This document shows, in pieces, positions 1-9,224 of a stretch of DNA of 48,432 bases; the stretch's first letter is position 1; each line of letters opens with the position of its first letter. Source of the DNA: Myxococcales bacterium. Lineage in GTDB: Bacteria > Myxococcota_A > Polyangia > Fen-1088. The notes under the pieces were generated by a model, which was given only the letters and a program-made list of their open reading frames with translations, did not search any database and was not told where the DNA came from. Made by a program: the position numbers and the translations under genes. The stretch is taken from contig JANNNO010000288.1 of assembly GCA_031398585.1 (NCBI GenBank), forward strand, positions 1 to 48,432, given 5' to 3'.

Positions 1-924
1 GTGTTTCGCCTGCTCGACGAGCCTTCGATTCGTCAGATCGCGCTTGGCGCACGTGAATTGAAGCGACAACCGGCGCTGGTGCAGCAGTCGCTGGAACAAT
101 TCTGTGCGGCGATGGGCTCGCTCGATGGCGATGCCACGGCCAGTGATGGTCTGCTGCGGGAGATCGCAACCCAAGCGCTTGGCACCGAGGCCGCACGGCG
201 CGCCTTCGAAGGCATCGTGGCACCTCCGCCGGTGGACGAGATGCTAGGGCCGGTGGCATTCGCCGATGTCGAAGCGCTGTCCCTGGTGCTCTCGCGCGAG
301 CAGCCGCAGACCATCGCCCTCGTGCTGGGCGCACTGGAACAGGCGCGCGCGGCCGCCGTGATGAAACTTCTGCCGGAGAACCTGCGGCCGCACGTCCTGC
401 GCCGCCTGGCGACCCTTGAATCGGTTGCGCCCGAGGTCCTCAAAGAGGTCGGCGCGGCCCTGCAGGCGGAGCTGCGCAGCTCTGCTGGGGGCAGCAGCCG
501 CCGAGTCGATGGCCGTGGCAGTGCGGTGTCGATGTTGCGCAAGGTGCCGGCCGCGCAGCAGACCGAGGTGGTGGGCGAGATCGAAAAAGAGGATCCCGAA
601 CTGGCCGCCGAGCTGCGCAGCAAGCTCTTCACGTTCGAGGACATTGGCAATCTCAACGATCGCGACATCCAGACCTTCATCCGCGAGATCGACACCGGTC
701 GACTCGCGGTCGCGCTCAAGGGATCGAGCTCGACGGTCGCGGACAAGGTGCTCAAAAACATGTCGAGTCGCGCGGCCGAGATGATGCGCGACGAGATGTC
801 GGCGATGGGGCCACTGCGCCTCGCCGCGGTCGAAGAGGCGCAGGCAGAGCTGGTCAAGGTGGCGTTCAACCTGGTCGAGCAGGGGCGCATCACGCTGGTC
901 GGTCCGTCGGACAAGATGGTCTAA
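1..924 (+). CDS. fliG: Flagellar motor switch protein FliG (5-prime partial, frame open to window edge)
   Basis: C-terminal FliG-type region (FEDIGNLNDRDIQTFIREID, MSSRAAEMMRDEM, LRLAAVEEAQAELVKVAF). About 30 N-terminal residues appear missing. Followed by fliH-fliI. Confidence 0.9.
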   Translation: MFRLLDEPSIRQIALGARELKRQPALVQQSLEQFCAAMGSLDGDATASDGLLREIATQALGTEAARRAFEGIVAPPPVDEMLGPVAFADVEALSLVLSREQPQTIALVLGALEQARAAAVMKLLPENLRPHVLRRLATLESVAPEVLKEVGAALQAELRSSAGGSSRRVDGRGSAVSMLRKVPAAQQTEVVGEIEKEDPELAAELRSKLFTFEDIGNLNDRDIQTFIREIDTGRLAVALKGSSSTVADKVLKNMSSRAAEMMRDEMSAMGPLRLAAVEEAQAELVKVAFNLVEQGRITLVGPSDKMV

Positions 925-930
925 CCCGGG

Positions 931-1641
931 ATGGCGCTCTTCGAGATCACTGGGCAGCAGCTGCGACGGCCCGCCTTCCTCGAAGGCGTGCAGACGGGTT
1001 CACGCGTAGCGACGGCCGCATTTCTCGCCGAGCATAAGAAGGCCTTTGCGGCGGTCGCGCCCGAGGTGAAGCCAGCTGACCTGACATCACCGCTCACCGC
1101 CGCGCCGATGCCGACAGAGGAGATCGCCGACCTTGCGCCAGCGGTCGAGGTCGAGGTGTTGCCACCGGCGCCACCGACTCCACCGCCGGCGCCGATCGTC
1201 GACATGTCGCGCATGGAAGCAGCCATCGATCGTCTGCGCATGCTCTCGGATCGTCTGGCGGCTGAAGCGCGGGCCGACGTGCTCGAGCTGGGACTGATGG
1301 TGGCGCGCAAGGTGGTGGAAGGTGAGCTGGCGGTCAACGCCGATCGCTTGATAGGCGTGGTCAAGTCGGCAGTGAGCCGGGTGGGTGAGTCGCGACGGAT
1401 TGTCGTACACCTCTGTCCCGAGGACGCCGAGCTTTTGAACGGTATCGATGCGGGCAAGTCGACCGCGCTCGATCGCATCGGTCGCGGGTCGGCCAAGATC
1501 GAGATCGTGACCGACGAGTCGCTGGGCCGCGGTGACTGTGTCGTCGAAGGCGAGCACCTTTCGGTGGACGCCACGCTGGACGCCAAGTTTGCCGAGATCC
1601 GTCGGGCGCTGATGGAAGCGGCCTGGGAGGACGGACGATGA
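931..1641 (+). CDS. fliH: Flagellar assembly protein FliH (export ATPase regulator)
   Basis: 236 aa between fliG and fliI. Stop overlaps the fliI start (ATGA at 1638). C-terminal FliH-like block LELGLMVARKVVEGEL...RRIVVHLCPEDAELL. Confidence 0.75.
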   Translation: MALFEITGQQLRRPAFLEGVQTGSRVATAAFLAEHKKAFAAVAPEVKPADLTSPLTAAPMPTEEIADLAPAVEVEVLPPAPPTPPPAPIVDMSRMEAAIDRLRMLSDRLAAEARADVLELGLMVARKVVEGELAVNADRLIGVVKSAVSRVGESRRIVVHLCPEDAELLNGIDAGKSTALDRIGRGSAKIEIVTDESLGRGDCVVEGEHLSVDATLDAKFAEIRRALMEAAWEDGR

Positions 1642-3017
1642 GCCTCATCGACGTAGCGAAGCTGGAAGCGCGGCTGCGCCAGGTCGATACGGTCGTCACG
1701 TCCGGTCGGGTGACGCGTGTGTCGGGCATCGTGGTCGAGGCGGCGCTGCCGCAGGTCGCGGTCGGCACCGCCTGTGTCATAACCGCGATGGGCGGGCGGC
1801 AGGTGATGGCCGAAGTGGTCGGCTTTGCCGGGCCGCACGTGCTCTTGATGCCCTTCGGGGATCTGGCGGGCATCGGCGAGGGATCGCCGGTGGTGCCGCG
1901 CTCGGCCGCAGGATCGATCCCGGTCGGCGACCAGTTGTTGGGGCGGGTGGTCGACGCCGCGATCGAGCCGATCGATGGGCTGGGTCCATTGTCGCTTTCG
2001 CACCGTGCGCCTCTTGCAGCGGTGCCGCCGCCGGCGATGAGCCGCAAGCGCATCTGCCGTCCGATGGAGCTGCGCGTGCGCGCGCTCGACTCTCTTTTGA
2101 CCTGCGGCCAGGGGCAGCGGCTCGGCATCATGGCCGGTCCCGGCGTCGGCAAGAGCGTGTTGCTTGGCATGCTGGCGCAGAACGCGGCTGCCGACGTGAT
2201 CGTGGTCGGCCTCATCGGCGAACGTGGGCGCGAGGTACGCGAGTTCGTCGAGCGGGATCTGGGCGTCGGGTTGCGACGTTCGGTGGTGATCGTGGCCACG
2301 GGCGACGAGTCGCCGCTGGTGCGCGTGCGCGCGGCGATGGCGGCGACGGCGGCCGCGGAGCACTTTCGCGCGCGCGGTGCCAACGTCCTGCTGTTGATGG
2401 ATTCGTTGACTCGTGTGGCGATGGCACAGCGGGAGATCGGCCTTGCCGCGGGCGAGCCGCCCACCTCGCGCGGCTACCCGCCGTCGGTCTTCGCCATGTT
2501 GCCGCGGCTGGTGGAGCGCGCGGGTAACGACGCCGGCGAAGGCAGCATCACCGCTTTGTACACGGTGCTCGCCGAGGGCGACGACCTCAGCGATCCGGTG
2601 GTCGACGCGGCCCGCGCTGCCCTCGACGGACACATCGTGCTTTCGCGCAAGCTGGCCAATGGCGGTCATTTCCCAGCCATCGACGTGCTTGCCAGCGTCA
2701 GCCGCGTGATGACCGACATCGTGACGCCCGAGCACCGCGATCTGGCCCTGGGTGCCCGCGAGCTGCTGGCGGCCTATCGCGATTCGGCCGACCTCATCGA
2801 AGTCGGCGCTTACGTGGCGGGCAGCAATCCACGCGTCGATCGGGCAATTCGCTGCCGGGACGCGCTCAACGGGTTCTTGCGGCAAAAGGGCAACGAGACG
2901 CCGAGTTTGGCCGAATCGCTGGCCGCTTTGAAGAAGGCTTCCACGCCGCCGCCCGTGCCGCCGCCGGCACAAGGGGCAGCCGCGGCAGCGTTCGCAGCAG
3001 GGAGGGATCGTGCTTAA
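1638..3017 (+). CDS. fliI: Flagellum-specific type III export ATPase FliI
   Basis: Walker A GPGVGKSVLLGMLA and Walker B-like VLLLMDSLTRVAMAQREI. Full-length resemblance to FliI/T3SS ATPases. Pro/Ala-rich C-terminal tail. Confidence 0.95.
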   Translation: MSLIDVAKLEARLRQVDTVVTSGRVTRVSGIVVEAALPQVAVGTACVITAMGGRQVMAEVVGFAGPHVLLMPFGDLAGIGEGSPVVPRSAAGSIPVGDQLLGRVVDAAIEPIDGLGPLSLSHRAPLAAVPPPAMSRKRICRPMELRVRALDSLLTCGQGQRLGIMAGPGVGKSVLLGMLAQNAAADVIVVGLIGERGREVREFVERDLGVGLRRSVVIVATGDESPLVRVRAAMAATAAAEHFRARGANVLLLMDSLTRVAMAQREIGLAAGEPPTSRGYPPSVFAMLPRLVERAGNDAGEGSITALYTVLAEGDDLSDPVVDAARAALDGHIVLSRKLANGGHFPAIDVLASVSRVMTDIVTPEHRDLALGARELLAAYRDSADLIEVGAYVAGSNPRVDRAIRCRDALNGFLRQKGNETPSLAESLAALKKASTPPPVPPPAQGAAAAAFAAGRDRA

Positions 3018-3912
3018 GGTCGTCGTTCCACTGGTGTTCATGCTGGCCGCCGATGGACAGGTCGCGGGCAAGCCCGAGGCCGTCAAACCGGCCGCTGCCA
3101 GCAAGGGCGGCGCGACTGAAGCGCCGCCGAAAGCTGCCGCCGAAGATCGCGGTCACACTCCGGCTGCCGCAGGCAGCAAGCCGGCTGCCGCAGGCAGCAA
3201 GGCCGCCGACCAGGCGGGGCACAAGGCCGACAAACCCGCCGACAAAGATCACGCGATGGTCAAACGCCCGCCCTCGGGCCGGGGGGAGACCGAGCGTTCC
3301 ACGCCCCCGCCGCCGGGAATCAGCACCCCCGCCTTGCAGGAGGAGTGGAAGGAGCGCGCGGGCGCGCAGAAGGCCGCCTCCGAGCGTGAGCGGCTCGAGT
3401 CCCTGAGCTCGGAGCTGGCGCGCACGCGGACGGCTCTGCGAGACGAGACCACGCGGCTCGAAGAGATCATGGCGAAGGCCAAGCAGCAGGGGGCGACCAA
3501 GCCACCGGCTGCGGCGCCAGCGCCGGCTCCCTCCACGGCGCCGGCGCCTCCCGCGGGCACGGCCCCGGCGTCACCGGCGACCACGGGGCCGCAGACGCCG
3601 GCGAACATGCCGGTCGGCGATCCGCTGGCGCCCAGCGCCTACTACCGTCCTGCGCCGCCGCCGCCGAACTTCGCGGTGCAGGTCGAGGTCGTGTCGAAGG
3701 CGATGAAGAGCATGAAGCCCGAGCAGGCCGCTGGGATCCTGGGGCACCTCGAGCGCGGCCTGGCGGCCGAGGTCTTGCAGCGAATGCGACCGGCGGACGC
3801 GGGCTCCATCCTCGGCTTCCTGAAGCCCGAGGTCGGTGCGGCGCTGGCCGCCGAGATCATGAACCGACCACCGCTCCGCCGCGACAAGGACGGGGACAAG
3901 GACAAGCCATGA
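3010..3912 (+). CDS. YlxF/MotE-like flagellar protein with C-terminal MgtE_N-like domain
   Basis: GTG start preceded by GGGAGGG. N-terminal hydrophobic segment, coiled-coil stretch (EEWKERAGAQKAASERERLESLSSELARTRTALRDETTRLEEIMAKAK), Pro/Ala linker, then MgtE_N-like helices (KPEQAAGILGHLERGLAAEVLQRMRPADAGSILGFL). Sits between fliI and fliK as ylxF does in Bacillus. Confidence 0.6.
   Translation: MLKVVVPLVFMLAADGQVAGKPEAVKPAAASKGGATEAPPKAAAEDRGHTPAAAGSKPAAAGSKAADQAGHKADKPADKDHAMVKRPPSGRGETERSTPPPPGISTPALQEEWKERAGAQKAASERERLESLSSELARTRTALRDETTRLEEIMAKAKQQGATKPPAAAPAPAPSTAPAPPAGTAPASPATTGPQTPANMPVGDPLAPSAYYRPAPPPPNFAVQVEVVSKAMKSMKPEQAAGILGHLERGLAAEVLQRMRPADAGSILGFLKPEVGAALAAEIMNRPPLRRDKDGDKDKP
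3160..3201 (+). repeat. Perfect 21-bp tandem duplication (ccggctgccgcaggcagcaag x2) inside the ylxF-like gene
   Basis: Read directly from the sequence. In frame, encodes PAAAGSK twice. Confidence 0.9.
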
Positions 3913-6908
3913 ACACCTCACGCGCATCGTCGTCGGTCGCCAGCGGCATCGGAGCCGAGAGTCGCGGCAAGGTCGGCGGCAAGACGAAGGGCGTCTCGGA
4001 CTTTGCGAAGATGCTGGGGCAGACGCCTGACGTGGGCGGCGGGGCGGCAGCCGTCGCTGTCGCGGGCGGTGTCGCGGATGCTTCCGGTGTCGCGGGCGGC
4101 GAGGGCGATGCGGCGAGCGTTCCGGGCGGGGCCGGCGAGGCCGCGAACAACGGAGCGGGGCTCGACGGTGACGGGATGGGCGTGGCCGGATCGGACGAAG
4201 GCCATGGCGCCGCGCCGGGTTCTGGCGTCGGCGAGGGCGTGGCTGCGTCGGCCGGTGAAGGGTTCGGCGACTCGAACGCGCAGGCAGATCGGCAAGACGG
4301 TACACGTGCCGAGCCGATGGCTGCTGCATTCGTGAATCGTCGCGCGGGCGCCCAGGCTGGCGAAGGTGGCACCTCGTCGGAGGCGAACTTCGAGGCCGCC
4401 GACGGCAAGTCTGCTGGTGCTTCGCGCTTCGCACAGCGCTTGACCGTGGCTCTGCAGGCTCGCAGCCAGACGGCCTCCAAGGACGCGATTGCCGAGTCAC
4501 CTCCGCGCCCTGGGTCGGTGTCCAGCGACGCGGGTGGCGGGCGCGCGTCGTCGCTAGCACCGGCTTCATTGCCGACGAACAGGACCGGCTCCACCATGAC
4601 GACCGGCGAAAGGGGCAGCAACGACTTCGGTCTCGGTCTCGGCCGACCTGCGCCCCGCACCCTCTCGACCGCGGCCGCGAGGCTGCTCGCTCCGCGGCTC
4701 GGCCGGGACGTGTATGCACACGCTGAGGCGGCGCCCGAGGCGAGCCCTGCTACGAGCGAAGTTTCATCGTCGCGAGCCACGACGGCGATCCGTGGCTCGC
4801 GCGCGGGCGTGAGCCGGGCGGCCGCAGTGACGGCGTCGGAGAGTGCTCGACCGCTGCTCGACGGGGCGATTGAGGCGTCTCCGGCCGGAGTCGATAGCGT
4901 GCGCACCGCTGCCAAAATCCCCCTCTTGGGGGGCGCGGAGAAGCCCACTGACAGTCCCACGAAGTCCGTTGCTGTCGGCACCGGTGGCGCTGCGGCCGGG
5001 AAAGCGAAAGCCGCTCTCGTTGCGACGAAGGGAGTCGAATCGTCGCAAGCCGATGGGCTGCCCGCGGCCGGCGCCGAGATCAAGCCGAACGCGGAAGTCG
5101 CGGCCGCAGACGAATTCGTCGCTGCGCAACCCGATCTCGGGCCGCAGGAGGGCGATCTCGTTGCTGCGAAAGCCGATTTCGTCGCGGCAATTGATGATGT
5201 CGTTGTTCCCGGGGATCTCCCGGTTGGCGCAGACTTCCCCGCGGACGAGACCGCCCGTGCCAAAGACGGTCTGCCGGCCATGGGAACCAAGCCCGGGACG
5301 GGGGCCATGACGGGCGACGCGCCGACTCTCGATGTTGCGGCCAGAGCTGGCGCGTCGAGCGGCGAAAAGGGCGAGGGGCGCTCCGATGCCTCTCCGCCCG
5401 GAGCGAGAAGCGTTCCCTGGCGCAAGGACGAACGCGCTGATGTGCGCAGGGCCGCGGCCGCGCCGACTTCTGGCGACGAGCAGCCGCTGCGCGCCCCCCG
5501 CGGTACCTCACGCCTCATCGGCCGCGTCGAGGACGTGACCGACGCGAAGCCTCCCGCCGCAATGAAGGCATCTTCCGGGGTCGAGGTCGAGGTCGAAGGC
5601 CGCGGCCGCGAGCTGGCGACGCCGGTGCTGCCGCCAGTCCCCACGGCCCCGGTCGAACCGGCGCGCCAGGCTACCGGCGTGATGCGGAGCGATCTGGAGC
5701 TTGCGGTTCGCGCTCTGCCGCGCGCCTGGGAGACCCTCGCGATCGAAGAGGACGAGGCGCCCGTCGCCGAGACGTTCACGCCGAAGGTGACTCTCGATCA
5801 CGGGGTCGGTGCAGAGAACCTGGCCAGCGGCTCTCACCCGCGGCCGCAGGAGGCGCCGCTCGGCGATGATCGCGCCGACCGCGATCCTGAGGCCCCCTCC
5901 TCGTGGGAGAGCCTCGCGATGGCGTCGCAAGAGGAGCCGAGCGAAGAGATCTTCGATCCCGCGGGCCGCGTCTCGTCGTCCGCGGCGCGCAGTGAGGACG
6001 AGGCCGCGCAGGTCCCGCGGCCGGCCGCCACCGTCCTGGCGCCGACTCCCCTCCCGCCGCCAGCTCCGCGACAGACCGATGTCACGGTCGACCTCGACCT
6101 CGACGATCTCGTCACGTTCATGGCCCGCAAGGCCCCGGTTCGTGAGCGCCTGCAGCACGAGGAGGCGCTCGCCGCGCCGGGAAGCTTGCCAGGAACTCAA
6201 GTGCTCGCGCCGGTTGTGATCGGCAATGATTCTCTCAACGACCTGCCGAACGCTCAGCGCGGCGCGGGTGCCCTCGACGCCATGGATTCGTCGGGCAACC
6301 GTCGGCTCTCGGCAGACGACGAGGCGCCCGCTGAAACCGCCGCCAAGCCTCGTGGGGACGCCGAAGTGCTCTTGTCGAAGCCGGCTCTGCCACTGCCTTT
6401 CGAGTTGCCCCTGCCCCGGGAGGCTCAGGAGATCTCTGCGCCCCCGCCGGCGCTCTCGGCGCTCGCTCTGCCGCCGGAAGCGGCCGAGCTGCTGACGCAC
6501 CTGAAGGACGATCCCAGCGCGCAGATCTCGATCATGAAGAACGCTGCGCACGTCTCGATCGAGAGCGAGGACGGCCGCGGCCTCGACCTGCATGTGCGCC
6601 TCTTGCCAGAGGGGGCCGACATTCGAGCGTCAGGCGAGTTGGCGCCAATGATGCAAGCACGAGCTGGTGAGCTCGGGCAGGCCTTGGCCGCCGAGGGTGT
6701 GACGCTAGGTCGATTTCAAATGGACAATCAGATGAGCCAGCAGAGCGGTCGTCAGGACAGTGAGGAGCGGCGCGCCCGCCAAGAATCCGACGCGGCCGAT
6801 GCGTTCGATCGGGCAACGGGGCGATCGGCCGGCCGCAGCGGTGGCTCTGTCAACGAGACGACGGCGCCCGTGCGGACCAGCGATGGCCGCATTCACGTCG
6901 AGGCTTAG
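3909..6908 (+). CDS. fliK: Flagellar hook-length control protein FliK, unusually long (999 aa)
   Basis: ATGA overlap with the upstream gene and position immediately upstream of flgD-flgE. Long acidic Ala/Gly/Pro/Glu-rich low-complexity body. C-terminal Flg_hook-like block (AQISIMKNAAHVSIESEDGRGLDLHVRLLPEGADIRASGELAPMMQARAGELGQALAAEGVTLGRFQMD). Confidence 0.7.
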   Translation: MNTSRASSSVASGIGAESRGKVGGKTKGVSDFAKMLGQTPDVGGGAAAVAVAGGVADASGVAGGEGDAASVPGGAGEAANNGAGLDGDGMGVAGSDEGHGAAPGSGVGEGVAASAGEGFGDSNAQADRQDGTRAEPMAAAFVNRRAGAQAGEGGTSSEANFEAADGKSAGASRFAQRLTVALQARSQTASKDAIAESPPRPGSVSSDAGGGRASSLAPASLPTNRTGSTMTTGERGSNDFGLGLGRPAPRTLSTAAARLLAPRLGRDVYAHAEAAPEASPATSEVSSSRATTAIRGSRAGVSRAAAVTASESARPLLDGAIEASPAGVDSVRTAAKIPLLGGAEKPTDSPTKSVAVGTGGAAAGKAKAALVATKGVESSQADGLPAAGAEIKPNAEVAAADEFVAAQPDLGPQEGDLVAAKADFVAAIDDVVVPGDLPVGADFPADETARAKDGLPAMGTKPGTGAMTGDAPTLDVAARAGASSGEKGEGRSDASPPGARSVPWRKDERADVRRAAAAPTSGDEQPLRAPRGTSRLIGRVEDVTDAKPPAAMKASSGVEVEVEGRGRELATPVLPPVPTAPVEPARQATGVMRSDLELAVRALPRAWETLAIEEDEAPVAETFTPKVTLDHGVGAENLASGSHPRPQEAPLGDDRADRDPEAPSSWESLAMASQEEPSEEIFDPAGRVSSSAARSEDEAAQVPRPAATVLAPTPLPPPAPRQTDVTVDLDLDDLVTFMARKAPVRERLQHEEALAAPGSLPGTQVLAPVVIGNDSLNDLPNAQRGAGALDAMDSSGNRRLSADDEAPAETAAKPRGDAEVLLSKPALPLPFELPLPREAQEISAPPPALSALALPPEAAELLTHLKDDPSAQISIMKNAAHVSIESEDGRGLDLHVRLLPEGADIRASGELAPMMQARAGELGQALAAEGVTLGRFQMDNQMSQQSGRQDSEERRARQESDAADAFDRATGRSAGRSGGSVNETTAPVRTSDGRIHVEA

Positions 6909-6931
6909 CGAGAGGCAAAGGGAGCGAAACC

Positions 6932-7612
6932 ATGGTTCCAGTGAACAACTTCAAAGGCTCGGCGGCCTCGCCCGATCGAGAGGTCGGCGGCCCGATCGGT
7001 TCGAACAAGCTCGGTAAGAACGAGTTCCTCAAGTTGATGATGGCCCAGCTGGGCAATCAGGATCCGACCGCCCCGAGCGACAGCCAGGCCTTCGTGGCGC
7101 AGCTGGCGGCCTTTGCGACGCTCGAGTTGCAGCAGAACGCCAACACCAACATGGAGAGCCTGCTGCTGGCTCAGGCATCGGCCAATCAGACGGCGATGAC
7201 CAACTTCGTCGGCAAGGAGGTCGTCTTCAAGACCGACTCGGTCGAGCTCAACGATGGCGACCCGGCGATCACCGAGGCGGCGCTGAGCAAACCTGCCAAG
7301 AACGTGACGGCCGTCGTGGTCGACGATCAGGGCAAGACGGTACGGACCATGCAGTTGGGTCCGCACGACGCCGGCGCCGTGACGGTCGAGTGGGATGGGC
7401 GGGATGACAACGGGACGAGGCTCCCGGCTGGCTCTTACAAGATGCGAGTGACCGCGCAAGACAAAGAAGGCGAGACCATCGCGGTGGAACAGCGAGGCAG
7501 CGGTCACGTGACCGGCATCGCTTACGAGGACGGAGTGGCGATGGTCAAGATCGGCGGAACGAAGATCAAGGTTTCGGAAATCATCGAAGTCAACGAAAGG
7601 AACACCAAATGA
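6932..7612 (+). CDS. flgD: Flagellar hook capping/assembly protein FlgD
   Basis: SD AAGGGAG upstream. FlgD N-terminal motif LMMAQLGNQDPTAPSDSQAFVAQLAAFATLE and an Ig-like C-terminal half. ATGA overlap with flgE. Confidence 0.9.
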   Translation: MVPVNNFKGSAASPDREVGGPIGSNKLGKNEFLKLMMAQLGNQDPTAPSDSQAFVAQLAAFATLELQQNANTNMESLLLAQASANQTAMTNFVGKEVVFKTDSVELNDGDPAITEAALSKPAKNVTAVVVDDQGKTVRTMQLGPHDAGAVTVEWDGRDDNGTRLPAGSYKMRVTAQDKEGETIAVEQRGSGHVTGIAYEDGVAMVKIGGTKIKVSEIIEVNERNTK

Positions 7613-8913
7613 GTCTCATGACAGCTCTCTATTCAGGGGCCAGCGGCCTCGAGGCCAGCAGCCTCGAGCTGTCCGTGGTCGGTGACAACATCGCCAACGG
7701 CAACACCATCGGGTTCAAGGGCAGCCGCGCCGCCTTTGCCGACGCCATGGCTCAGAACCTCATCGGCGACTCGTCCAGCGGCAACGGCGGACAGCGTGGT
7801 CTCGGCGTCAAGCTGCAGGTCGTGCAGAAGATCCTTTCGCAGGGTGCGCTGGTCAACACCGGCGTCGCGACCGACCTCGGCATCGAGGGCGCGGGCTTCT
7901 TCGCCGTCGCGGGCACGCGAAACGGTCAGACCGGCACGTTTTACACCCGCGCCGGGCAGTTCACGATCGACAAGGATGGCTACATGACCAACCTGTCGGG
8001 CATGCGCGTGCAGGGCTACACCGCGGACTCCGCTGGTGTCATCTCGGGCGCTCAGGTCGGCGACTTGCAGGTTGGCAACGCGAGCACCAACCCGCGCTCC
8101 ACGACCGAGATCACCATCAAGGCGAACCTCTCCGCCACCGCGACTACGCCAGCAGGCGCGTGGGATCCGGCGGACGCGGCCAACACCTCGAACTTCACCG
8201 CGGCGGTCACCATCTACGACTCGCTCGGCAAGTCCCACCAGGTCGACGTCTACTACCGCAAGACGGGCGCAGGCGCCTGGTCCTGGTACGCGCTCACCGA
8301 CGGCGCCAACCTGACCGGCGGCACCGCAGGCACCGCGACCGAGATTGCGACCGGCACCATGACCTTCGGCACCGAGGGCCAGCTGCTCACGTCGACCAAG
8401 GCGGGGACCTTCAACCCGCGCGGCGCGGTCAACCCGCAGCCTCTCGCGTTCGACTTCGGAACCCCGACCGCGACCAGCGGCGAAGGCCTCGACGGCATCA
8501 CCCAGTTCGCGGCCGGCTCGACCACGAGCTTCACCAACCAGGACGGCTACGATTCCGGATCGCTGGTGCGCGTGAGCATCGACAACACCGGTAACGTCAT
8601 GGGTGTCTTCAGCAACGGTCAGACCCGGACATTGGCACAGATCGCTCTGGCCAACTTCGAGGCACCCGACCAGTTGACCCGCGTGGGTGGCAACCTCTTC
8701 AGCTCGAACCAGCAGTCGGGCTCGCCGAGCATCGGTGAGGCGGGCTCTGGCGGTCGTGGCCAGATGGTCGGCGGCGCGCTCGAGCAGTCGAACATCGACA
8801 TGGCCCAGGAGTTCATCCGCATGATCGCGTCGCAGAGAGCCTTCCAGGCCAACTCGAAGACGCTGACCACCGCGGACACGCTCCTTGGCGAGTTGATGAT
8901 GCTCAAGCGCTGA
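7609..8913 (+). CDS. flgE: Flagellar hook protein FlgE
   Basis: N-terminal rod/hook signature MSLMTALYSGASGLEASSLELSVVGDNIANGNTIGFK. C-terminal ALEQSNIDMAQEFIRMIASQRAFQANSKTLTTADTLLGELMMLKR. Confidence 0.95.
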   Translation: MSLMTALYSGASGLEASSLELSVVGDNIANGNTIGFKGSRAAFADAMAQNLIGDSSSGNGGQRGLGVKLQVVQKILSQGALVNTGVATDLGIEGAGFFAVAGTRNGQTGTFYTRAGQFTIDKDGYMTNLSGMRVQGYTADSAGVISGAQVGDLQVGNASTNPRSTTEITIKANLSATATTPAGAWDPADAANTSNFTAAVTIYDSLGKSHQVDVYYRKTGAGAWSWYALTDGANLTGGTAGTATEIATGTMTFGTEGQLLTSTKAGTFNPRGAVNPQPLAFDFGTPTATSGEGLDGITQFAAGSTTSFTNQDGYDSGSLVRVSIDNTGNVMGVFSNGQTRTLAQIALANFEAPDQLTRVGGNLFSSNQQSGSPSIGEAGSGGRGQMVGGALEQSNIDMAQEFIRMIASQRAFQANSKTLTTADTLLGELMMLKR

Positions 8914-8957
8914 TTGATGGCGATGACCTTGACGGCGAGCTTCGGATTGCAGGCGGG

Positions 8958-9221
8958 ATGGGCAGGCGAATGATTCACGTGACTCGTCTCGACGGCACCG
9001 AGCTCGTCGTCAATGTCGACCTCATCGTCACCATCGAACGGACGCCCGACACGGTCCTGACGTTGACCACGGGCGACAGGTTCATGGTGAAGGAATCTCT
9101 GGAAGAAGTCGTGACTCGGGCGGTGACCTGCAAGTGGCGGATGGCGCAGGGTCCGGGCACGCCGGCTGGCCTCGACGCAATTGTCGAAGCCATGCGTGAG
9201 AAGAAAGTCGGGGAGGAATAG
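8958..9221 (+). CDS. flbD: Flagellar protein FlbD
   Basis: MIHVTRLDGTELVVNVDLIVTIERTPDTVLTLTTGDRFMVKESLEEVV is typical of FlbD. Located upstream of motAB. The ATG at 8970 is an alternative start. Confidence 0.8.
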   Translation: MGRRMIHVTRLDGTELVVNVDLIVTIERTPDTVLTLTTGDRFMVKESLEEVVTRAVTCKWRMAQGPGTPAGLDAIVEAMREKKVGEE

Positions 9222-9224
9222 CAC

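Noticed and set aside
921-3104. 727-aa minus-strand ORF opposite fliH/fliI. Similar long antisense ORFs occur at 3857..5779 (-), 15406..16620 (+), 17578..18564 (+), 25164..26459 (+), 29436..31187 (+), 32882..33928 (+), 37528..38667 (-), 42190..43206 (-) and 45873..46784 (-).
   Set aside because: Each lies antisense to a gene with clear family motifs. Their translations are Arg/Ala/Pro/Gly-rich with no recognisable domains. Such stop-free shadow frames are expected in very GC-rich DNA.
3160-3201. 21-bp perfect tandem repeat considered as a phase-variation (slippage) switch.
   Set aside because: There are only two copies, and the unit length is a multiple of three, so slippage would not shift the frame.
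8918-8932. Sigma54-like TGGCGA-TGACC-TTGA between flgE and flbD.
   Set aside because: The -12 element is GA rather than the near-invariant GC. It is probably a chance resemblance, and flbD-motAB may simply be co-transcribed with flgE.
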